A stretch of DNA of 64,000 bases from positions 124,001-188,000 of the IMG/VR virus record IMGVR_UViG_3300049215_000529; one strand, written 5' to 3'. Within the stretch, counting starts at the first letter, position 1. Each line of letters opens with the position of its first letter. Below are positions 57,459 through 64,000 of the stretch, piece by piece. A program made the position numbers and the translations under genes. Under the pieces are notes generated by a model. The model was not told the origin of the DNA, searched no databases, and saw only the letters and a list, made by a program, of their open reading frames with translations.

Positions 57459-57861
57459 CCTCGGTGGTCCTTCCGATAGTTAAGTGGAATCCAAAGCGTG
57501 GCTCTCTAGATAGTCCATATTTCTCTCTGAGTTCAGAAAGATACGGACATTTAGCTTTGAGCCAATAGTATTCCTTGTTGTCTATAACACCACCATCATA
57601 TTCGAATTCAACAAGTTTATTAGCATCTAAACCCCACAGTTTTATGTTGGGGATGAACTCGCCTCGTATTACGGAGACGTGAGTGCCCCATACAGGACGG
57701 GTTAATTTACCAATTCGCTCACCGTTTAGGTAAGGGTAATCCTTGGTAAACAGGTGCCTGTAGTATTTGGAAATCTCATCATCGCACATCAATACTAGCC
57801 ACTTTTCAGAGGAAGACAAGTGGGTGCGCGGAGAATACACCAATTTACCAACAGACTTCAT
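57448..57861 (-). CDS. 2H phosphoesterase-like protein
   Basis: Two HxS/T motifs: HVSV and HLTI. Confidence 0.7.
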   Translation of the reverse strand: MKSVGKLVYSPRTHLSSSEKWLVLMCDDEISKYYRHLFTKDYPYLNGERIGKLTRPVWGTHVSVIRGEFIPNIKLWGLDANKLVEFEYDGGVIDNKEYYWLKAKCPYLSELREKYGLSREPRFGFHLTIGRTTEDAR

Positions 57862-58262
57862 AAAAATACTTTCAATCGATTAATCTTGTGAACAACTTTT
57901 AGAATGTGACAAATTTTATCAACAATCTCATTAGGAGAGTTAGAGTCAAATGTGGCTTCGTAATGATCAATAACAAATATTTTTTTGATTTCTTCTATCT
58001 CTTGAAACCTGTTATCAATAAGTGGTACAATAGTTTTCTCTGCGATGATTTCGCCCTCTTTGTCACGCGTCAATTCAGTTAGACTAAGTGTGACAGTGCG
58101 CCCGGTTTGGCTTCCTTCCGGTCTAACTACTTCTGCTATGACCTTGTAGTGCGGTAAGACTAGATAGTAATTGACCTGAGGAAGCGTACTTATATAGAAC
58201 GCTGCCTGCTTTCTAAACTTAGAAAGGTCTAATTTTTCACCAAAATCTAATCGTAATTTCAT
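57858..58262 (-). CDS. Hypothetical protein (start MKLRL)
   Basis: ATG shares its A with the tRNA CCA. Confidence 0.6.
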   Translation of the reverse strand: MKLRLDFGEKLDLSKFRKQAAFYISTLPQVNYYLVLPHYKVIAEVVRPEGSQTGRTVTLSLTELTRDKEGEIIAEKTIVPLIDNRFQEIEEIKKIFVIDHYEATFDSNSPNEIVDKICHILKVVHKINRLKVFL

Positions 58263-58335
58263 GGTTCCGGGGTTGGGGATCGAACCCAAATCAGATCATT
58301 CGGAATAACCTATCCTGCCATTAGACGAACCCGGA
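58262..58335 (-). tRNA. tRNA with CCG (Arg) anticodon on a Gln-type body
   Basis: GGTTA-TT CCG AA-TGATC arm; U1:A72; D arm almost identical to neighbouring tRNA-Gln; CCA. Confidence 0.75.
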
Positions 58336-58409
58336 TGGCTGGGATACTAGGATTCGAACCTAGATAAAAGGATTCAGAGACCTTTGTCCTGCCGTTAGAC
58401 GATATCCCA
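58336..58409 (-). tRNA. tRNA-Gln(CTG)
   Basis: AAAGG T-CT CTG AA-T CCTTT arm, U1:A72, G73, CCA. Confidence 0.88.
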
Positions 58410-58436
58410 ATCAACATAATGTAAACTTATTACCAG

Positions 58437-58637
58437 TCACTTCTTTAATACAACCGGTTGTCTAGAAGAGCAGTAACGCTTGCAATTTTCCAAAAACTCT
58501 TCTTCTGGAGACAATTTTTTAATCATGTCTCCCGGCTTAGTTTCCACTGTTCCATCACGAACTTTACTTGGCATTTGTCTGCTGAGCCACCAATAAGAGG
58601 CGTCAACTAGCTTGAGAAAAACATCGACAGCTTTCAT
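58437..58637 (-). CDS. Hypothetical protein
   Basis: ATGA-coupled ORF. Confidence 0.5.
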   Translation of the reverse strand: MKAVDVFLKLVDASYWWLSRQMPSKVRDGTVETKPGDMIKKLSPEEEFLENCKRYCSSRQPVVLKK

Positions 58638-59035
58638 TCAGCATAATCCAAGAAGGGATGCCACCCAAGTGTATCCAACCAAAAATTGCAGAACGTATGG
58701 TAATCCTGAGTAACTACGTCTTCAGCGAAAGCTTTCTTTAGTTTGGTAAGCTCATCAAAATAAGTATCCTTATCTTGCCTTAAAACGTCCACTTGCTTTG
58801 CAAGCATATCAGATGCAACACGCGGCTCCCAATTAATAGCGAGAGCTGTGTTGGTTTTAACCTTACGAAGCTCTATCTCTACTTCATCAAGACGATCAAA
58901 TAACAAATCAAATGCATCAACCATCTTTGCAAAGAACTCAATCGGATCTTTATTTCCAATCATGTGCTTCATATCTTTTAATACATCTTCACGTTTCATG
59001 TTATGCTTTCTCGCTCTCGTTTTGATTTTTCCCAA
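58634..59035 (-). CDS. Hypothetical helical protein
   Basis: Overlapped ORF. Confidence 0.6.
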   Translation of the reverse strand: MGKIKTRARKHNMKREDVLKDMKHMIGNKDPIEFFAKMVDAFDLLFDRLDEVEIELRKVKTNTALAINWEPRVASDMLAKQVDVLRQDKDTYFDELTKLKKAFAEDVVTQDYHTFCNFWLDTLGWHPFLDYAE

Positions 59036-59352
59036 AATTCTTTGTATTCCTTGATATCCCGCTCTAATTCGGAAGGCAGATTATTCATGCGCAACCAAAA
59101 CTCTTTAATGAGTGAACCAGACATATCATCTGCATGAGTAAACCCTAAGGAAGTCATTTGGGCGGCTAAGGGTCCACCACTCCAAAGTCCCCAGTTGTTA
59201 CGCATCCACCTACCCAAACCATGATGATATCTATACAGATCTTCTCTAGTACCCTTGGTCAACTCAATTTGTTCCTCAGGAGATAATATCTTGGTTAGAG
59301 CCACCATCGCCTCTTCAAAAGTGGTGGGGACTTCAGCATTTTTTGAATTCAT
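58996..59352 (-). CDS. DUF6794-like hypothetical protein
   Basis: HHGLGRWMRNNWGLW...HADDMS. Confidence 0.6.
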   Translation of the reverse strand: MNSKNAEVPTTFEEAMVALTKILSPEEQIELTKGTREDLYRYHHGLGRWMRNNWGLWSGGPLAAQMTSLGFTHADDMSGSLIKEFWLRMNNLPSELERDIKEYKEFWEKSKRERESIT

Positions 59353-59648
59353 TGGCTAACCAAGTCGCCTAACTCTTGAACTGGATCTTTTGGTTGCACG
59401 GTCATGGCAACAAACTTGTTAGCAAGTTCCTTTAATGCCGAAGGAAGATCGCTTCCCTGAGCCTTGCAAACTACCAACTTATCCTTGGCGAATGCACCAG
59501 TATAACGAACCACAGAGCAATAATAGCCCTTCTTGAGAGCAGAGACTGTAACTCCTGGAGACGTCTTGTCGTCGCGAAACCTAAAGCTAACCGCCTTAGT
59601 TAGTTTGTCCATCAATTGATCGGTTGTAACATTCATATTCTTCTTCAT
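59349..59648 (-). CDS. Hypothetical protein
   Basis: ATGA-coupled ORF. Confidence 0.6.
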   Translation of the reverse strand: MKKNMNVTTDQLMDKLTKAVSFRFRDDKTSPGVTVSALKKGYYCSVVRYTGAFAKDKLVVCKAQGSDLPSALKELANKFVAMTVQPKDPVQELGDLVSQ

Positions 59649-59663
59649 AGTATACCTTTATTG

Positions 59664-60521
59664 TTATGCACCAACTTGGCAACGGATAAATCCAACTACT
59701 TGAATGTCTCCGCCCAGTTTGGCGCTCATATTTTTCACGACCTGTTGAACTGAAGTCTTAGGCTGAACCACTGACTCCTGCTCTAACAAACAGACTTCAG
59801 TATGCCACTTCTTGAACTTTCCTTCTAAAATCTTTGCCCAAGCAGCCTGAGGTTTGTTCATTTCCTTCAGTTGCGCTTCAAAGATTCCCCTTTGTCTTTC
59901 AACTACCTCGGCTGGTAAAGAGTCAACAGAAACTGCAACTGAACTCATGGCTGCCACTTGCATTGCTAATTCCTCTCCAAGAGTTTTGAAATCTTCAGTA
60001 TTAGCCGCCTCTACCGAGGGAGCTACCATGGAAAGCAAGACACCAATCTTATTATTGGAGTGTATGTAGTGACACACTCTGCCAGCCTCTGGCATCACTT
60101 GCTCAACCCACCAACGACGAATGACAATGTTCTCTTTAGTTTTAGAGATTAAGTCCTTTCGTGCATTTTCCAAGACGTCGCAATCATGATAGAATGGATT
60201 AGACTGAGCTACATCGGATCCAAGTTGGAAAGATACTAGATCCACAAACTTATTAAAGTCAGGACTATTAGCAACAAAATCAGTCTGGCAATTGACCTCG
60301 ACCATACTCTTGGTTCGATTATCTCCAACATGACCAATGCGAACAATACCTTCCGTAGCAACATTATTGCTGGTGCGGGAGACTACATTAAGACCTTTGA
60401 TCTTTACGATATCCACTGCCTTTTGCAAGTCCCATGCGGCTTCTTCGAGGGCATCTTTGCAGTCCTTCATGCCAGCTTGAGTAAGTGCTCGTAACTCTTT
60501 GATCAGATCAGTGTTGTTCAT
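59664..60521 (-). CDS. tsf: Elongation factor Ts (start MNNTD)
   Basis: IKELR.LT.AGM.DCK.AL, ATEG, EVNCQTDFVA, Y.H...IGV, AMQVAA. Confidence 0.95.
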   Translation of the reverse strand: MNNTDLIKELRALTQAGMKDCKDALEEAAWDLQKAVDIVKIKGLNVVSRTSNNVATEGIVRIGHVGDNRTKSMVEVNCQTDFVANSPDFNKFVDLVSFQLGSDVAQSNPFYHDCDVLENARKDLISKTKENIVIRRWWVEQVMPEAGRVCHYIHSNNKIGVLLSMVAPSVEAANTEDFKTLGEELAMQVAAMSSVAVSVDSLPAEVVERQRGIFEAQLKEMNKPQAAWAKILEGKFKKWHTEVCLLEQESVVQPKTSVQQVVKNMSAKLGGDIQVVGFIRCQVGA

Positions 60522-60537
60522 AGTAATACCTTTGCGC

Positions 60538-60565
60538 AAAGTAAATCTTAAAAATTGTAAGTCAA
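60538..60565 (-). promoter_or_regulatory. sigma70-like promoter TTGACT-N16-TACTTT upstream of tsf
   Basis: 30/32 identical to 3072..3103. Confidence 0.55.
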
Positions 60566-60698
60566 GGGCGGCAAATTTTTAATATAATCCAAATATCTTG
60601 AGCCGCCTCGACTCATATAACGATTCCTGCCTCTTTTTAATTTATAAACTTAATGTGAATAATAGATCATACTGATAATAGAATTAGAGAGGAACAAT

Positions 60699-61439
60699 AT
60701 GCTTATTGCTGTTATTAATCAATCTACAATGGTAAATAATATTGATGTAAATACCATGTGCCAAGCCATTCAAATTCAGCTTAGTCTGCATGTACTACCT
60801 GCTTATAATATGAAGGCAGCTACTGTTACTTTCTATGCCGATAAAACTAAAGTCCCAGGCTATGCTTGGGTAATTAGCGTGCTTGATAACTCTACACAAG
60901 CTGGCGCTCTTGGTTATCACTCCGAAGACAATGATAAGGTTGATGGATACATCTTTGCTCAACCAGTTTTAAGTAATGCTGGGGTGGTATTGTATGATAC
61001 AAACAATCCACAAAATGTCAGCGTTGCTTCTGTATTGAGTCATGAAATTTGTGAAATGGTTGGTGATCGCTTTGCCAATGCATGGGTCGATGGTCCAGCC
61101 ATCGCTCAAGGTAGCGAATATGCTCAAGAATTATGCGATCCAGTAGAAGGCGATTCTTATGCCATTACTGTTAATGGTGCAAAGGTTTCAGTATCTAACT
61201 TCATCTTTCCTTCTTGGTTCAATCCAGAAGCAACGACAGTTAACTTGCCATTTGATTATCTAGGAAAACTCAAAGCACCATTTACCATGACTCCTGGCGG
61301 CTACATGATCGTTCGTCAGTCTGGTACGGTCTCTCAAGTATTTGGTGAAGAGATGCCAGAATGGAAGAGAGAAGTTAAGCGTGCCAAAGCAGCTAAGCGT
61401 CCTTCTAAGACTAGAAAAAAGTTTCTAGGAATATTCTAA
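60699..61439 (+). CDS. Hypothetical zincin-like protein
   Basis: LGYH, SHEICEM, ELCDPVE; GAGG SD. Confidence 0.6.
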   Translation: MLIAVINQSTMVNNIDVNTMCQAIQIQLSLHVLPAYNMKAATVTFYADKTKVPGYAWVISVLDNSTQAGALGYHSEDNDKVDGYIFAQPVLSNAGVVLYDTNNPQNVSVASVLSHEICEMVGDRFANAWVDGPAIAQGSEYAQELCDPVEGDSYAITVNGAKVSVSNFIFPSWFNPEATTVNLPFDYLGKLKAPFTMTPGGYMIVRQSGTVSQVFGEEMPEWKREVKRAKAAKRPSKTRKKFLGIF

Positions 61440-61443
61440 ATAA

Positions 61444-61521
61444 TGGAGCGGGTGATGGGACTCGAACCCATGATGATGTCTGCTTGGAAGGCAGATGCCG
61501 TCGCCACTGAGCCACACCCGC
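61444..61521 (-). tRNA. tRNA-Gly(TCC)
   Basis: TCTGC-CT TCC AA-GCAGA arm, U73, CCA. Confidence 0.9.
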
Positions 61522-61544
61522 ATTTTAACAGCTTTGCACTTACT

Positions 61545-61618
61545 TGGAGCGGTTAACGAGAATCGAACTCGTGTCCCTAGAATGGCAATCTAGGATTCTA
61601 CCATTGGACCATAACCGC
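61545..61618 (-). tRNA. tRNA-Gly(GCC)
   Basis: CTAGA-TT GCC AT-TCTAG arm, CCA. Confidence 0.9.
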
Positions 61619-61623
61619 TTAAT

Positions 61624-61743
61624 AGACGACTAAAATTGATGAGATCTTTTTCCAATCTCTTACGAGAAAGGTTGATGGGTTTGAACCATCTATTCTAAAG
61701 TTTCCCTTAGAAATTTACCATGTAATCACATCAGCATTCGTCT
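61624..61743 (-). ncRNA. Candidate structured RNA motif, copy B, with degenerate tRNA-like insert
   Basis: AGACGA/TCGTCT closing stem; CGAATG, TTACATG, TCATCA blocks; inner GATGG-TTCAAAC-CCATC T-arm-like hairpin. Confidence 0.45.
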
Positions 61744-61744
61744 G

Positions 61745-61819
61745 TGGAGCGGATGACGGGGCTCGAACCCGTGACATTCTGCTTGGCAAGCAGACATTCT
61801 ACCACTGAATTACATCCGC
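61745..61819 (-). tRNA. tRNA-Gly(GCC), second copy
   Basis: TCTGC-TT GCC AA-GCAGA arm, CCA. Confidence 0.92.
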
Positions 61820-61825
61820 ATGGTA

Positions 61826-61899
61826 TGGAGCGGGCAACCGGAATCGAACCGGTATAGCTAGCTTGGAAGGCTAGAGCACAACCATTATGCCATGCCCGC
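61826..61899 (-). tRNA. tRNA-Gly(TCC), second copy
   Basis: CTAGC-CT TCC AA-GCTAG arm, CCA. Confidence 0.88.
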
Positions 61900-61908
61900 G
61901 TATTCATT

Positions 61909-61936
61909 ATTATATCACGTTATGCCCTATTGTCAA
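61909..61936 (-). promoter_or_regulatory. Consensus sigma70 promoter TTGACA-N16-(TG)-TATAAT for the Gly tRNA array
   Basis: Exact -35 and -10 hexamers with extended -10. Confidence 0.75.
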
Positions 61937-62022
61937 TCCCGACTATTGTTAAAAATTCTATCACTTATCTGTCATAGAATTAAGTTAAATTAAGTTTTGG
62001 CTCTACTTAAAAAGAGGATAAT

Positions 62023-62973
62023 ATGACTGCTCACTCACCATTTGCTTGTGCTTTCGCTGGTATGGCACGTTTGCCAGGAGCAACCAATAAGGTTGTGCTT
62101 CTTGATTCAGGATCGTACCCAGCATTTTCTAACTATGTAAATGCAACTTGGACCTGGAACGGTACCGACTGGACTGCCGTTACTACTGCTGCTAACGGTA
62201 TTGACTCTGCTGGTCCATTACCTAGCCGCCAAAATTTTGCGATGACTTATGATGGAACTAACATCATGATGTATGGTGGTCAGGCAGGTTCTGAAACTGG
62301 CGGTTCCTTAAATGATACTTGGACTTGGAACGGAACCGTTTGGGCTAAGGCAACAGGTACCGCACCATTCGCACGTACTTATGCTGAAGCTTGTCAGTTT
62401 AATACTGGTGCTACTTCTGCTATTATGTTCGGCGGATTCGGTGGTGGTGGCGGTGGTACGTTCCTAAATGAAACATGGTCTTGGAACGGTGCATCTAAGC
62501 AATGGTCCCAAATAACCACAGCTGCATCTCCTCCTGCTAGAATCGGACACTGTATGGACGGTGGACCTTCTTACACCATTATGTTTGGTGGTCAAGGAAC
62601 CAACTCTCTTCTAAACGATACCTGGAAATATGATGGTACCAACTGGACCCAACTAAACCCAGCAACAGTTCCTTCTGTAAGAACTGGCGCTCAAATGTGT
62701 TATGACCAAACTCGTAACGTATGGGTTATGTTCGGCGGACAAAACACCGCAGGTCGTTTGGCAGAAACCTGGATCTTTGACGGAACCAACTGGACACTAT
62801 GTGGTCCTCAAAACTCCCCAGCTGGAGTTACTTGGGGTCAAATGTGCTGGGACGGTCATACAAACAGAGTTATGATGTTTGGTGGCTTTAACTCAGGTGA
62901 CAGTTCAATTTCTACTGGCGCAGTTACATCTCAAACCTGGGCTTGGTCTGGAACTACCTGGTCTCAACTATAA
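62023..62973 (+). CDS. Kelch/galactose-oxidase-type beta-propeller protein
   Basis: Repeated MFGG...ETW.W.G..W. Confidence 0.8.
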   Translation: MTAHSPFACAFAGMARLPGATNKVVLLDSGSYPAFSNYVNATWTWNGTDWTAVTTAANGIDSAGPLPSRQNFAMTYDGTNIMMYGGQAGSETGGSLNDTWTWNGTVWAKATGTAPFARTYAEACQFNTGATSAIMFGGFGGGGGGTFLNETWSWNGASKQWSQITTAASPPARIGHCMDGGPSYTIMFGGQGTNSLLNDTWKYDGTNWTQLNPATVPSVRTGAQMCYDQTRNVWVMFGGQNTAGRLAETWIFDGTNWTLCGPQNSPAGVTWGQMCWDGHTNRVMMFGGFNSGDSSISTGAVTSQTWAWSGTTWSQL

Positions 62974-63233
62974 CCTTTGAGCTTGCCCCAGGCAAGCCAA
63001 ATGTTTGCAATGTCTTCGTGAACTCCCCGCGATTCCTCTGGAACGTGGGGATGTTCTTTTGTGGGAACTAAATCAAACAAGAGATGATGAATAGTCCAAC
63101 TAGGATCAATCTTATCTGCCTCTAACAAAAAGCCTACAATTACATCAGGCTCTGCTTTCCCCCCAATGTAACATTGCTTGATAATATGGGTGTTTTGTTT
63201 CAGTGAAGGAAAGAAACTTAGTCTCTTCCTCAA
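62964..63233 (-). CDS. Hypothetical protein
   Basis: 89-aa ORF; start uncertain. Confidence 0.45.
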   Translation of the reverse strand: MRKRLSFFPSLKQNTHIIKQCYIGGKAEPDVIVGFLLEADKIDPSWTIHHLLFDLVPTKEHPHVPEESRGVHEDIANIWLAWGKLKGYS

Positions 63234-63272
63234 ATGAAGAGAGTAGAAATTTGAATATTTCTTTCTTGTTAA

Positions 63273-63548
63273 TCATGGACAAATAGCCTCATCGTGCCCA
63301 CTACAGGCACCAGTAGATGTGCAGTGATCAGTTACCCAATGTACTGTGCATTGTTTGCCGTCCACCATGATATGGCGGACAGGCGCTTTAGCTTGACCAC
63401 AAACTACAATTACAAGTACCAGTGCTGCTAATCCTAAAAGGATAAGTGGAACTAACCAGCGATCATCCGTTGGTCGATGACAGTCACATTTACCTCCGCA
63501 CGGACAAGGCGGTCCTGGTCGTGAGCGCTTTCTCATTTGACCAAACAT
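63273..63548 (-). CDS. Small Cys-rich membrane protein
   Basis: CPCGGKCDCH, one TM helix, C-terminal cysteines. Confidence 0.55.
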   Translation of the reverse strand: MFGQMRKRSRPGPPCPCGGKCDCHRPTDDRWLVPLILLGLAALVLVIVVCGQAKAPVRHIMVDGKQCTVHWVTDHCTSTGACSGHDEAICP

Positions 63549-63557
63549 GGGATTACC

Positions 63558-63758
63558 TTAGCAGGTAACGCCCCAACCTTGACCATAGCAAAAACATGTA
63601 TTGCCAACTGGTGTCCAGTTCTCTAGAACACAACGGACATTTCCGCCAGCATCACAACACTTACGACTCAATAAAACCTGAGCTTCAGCTGGTTGAGAAG
63701 GAGCCAACACACCAACTAAAATCATACCAACAACTAAAATTGAGATAAATTTCTTCAT
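63558..63758 (-). CDS. Small secreted Cys-rich protein (start MKKFI)
   Basis: Signal peptide ending AEA; six Cys (CC, C, CFC, C). Confidence 0.6.
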   Translation of the reverse strand: MKKFISILVVGMILVGVLAPSQPAEAQVLLSRKCCDAGGNVRCVLENWTPVGNTCFCYGQGWGVTC

Positions 63759-63819
63759 AATACTTTCCTTTATTTTTAAATAGTAGGCGATTAAGTTTAT
63801 GAATGATATATAACCTACC

Positions 63820-63999
63820 ATGGAACAAGTGACTAAAAAATGTGAATGGTGCCAAAAAGATTTTAGTGTTGACTCATATACTCATAAAAGAGGTAATGGC
63901 AAATTTTGCTCACTAGTTTGTGTTGGATTTCATACTGCTAATAAAAATAAACCCAAGCCTAATACTTTTTGTGCTTTTTGTAAAAAGGCACTTTATAGA
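63820..63999 (+). CDS. Probable HNH endonuclease N-terminus, partial
   Basis: Own translation MEQVTKKCEWCQKDF...GKFCSLVC...CAFCKK, open to the edge. Confidence 0.55.
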   Translation, partial: MEQVTKKCEWCQKDFSVDSYTHKRGNGKFCSLVCVGFHTANKNKPKPNTFCAFCKKALYR

Positions 64000-64000
64000 A

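Overview
This window is best read as part of a jumbo bacteriophage genome. It is AT-rich and gene-dense, almost entirely on the minus strand, with sigma70-like promoters, overlapping stop/start codons, CCA-encoding tRNAs, about 9 free-standing homing-endonuclease-type genes and many orphans. All calls come from reading motifs by eye; no database search was run. Main content: (i) a large translation toolkit: TyrRS, a monomeric organellar-type PheRS, EF-Ts, Pth2, a Thg1-like protein, an RlmN-like enzyme, GroES and 20 tRNA or pseudo-tRNA genes grouped by amino acid; (ii) both glyoxylate-shunt genes (aceA, aceB); (iii) an apparently closed NAD+/ADP-ribose cycle: a WGR-regulatory-catalytic PARP, four candidate erasers (macrodomain, NADAR, ARH, a second NADAR-like gene interrupted by TAG) and NadV/NatV salvage; (iv) six copies of a pentaloop hairpin (C-RNWGA-G) in the non-coding parts of the NAD-salvage transcript, a candidate undescribed regulatory element; (v) RNA-repair-type enzymes; (vi) a second candidate structured ncRNA found once in each of two tRNA arrays. 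Also present: DNA ligase, SF1 helicase, Dam-like MTase with an adjacent putative nuclease, MoxR/VWA pair, YeaH, a small alarmone hydrolase, a GT4/pyruvyltransferase pair, a decayed iscA-nucleotidyltransferase duplication and a TnpB remnant.
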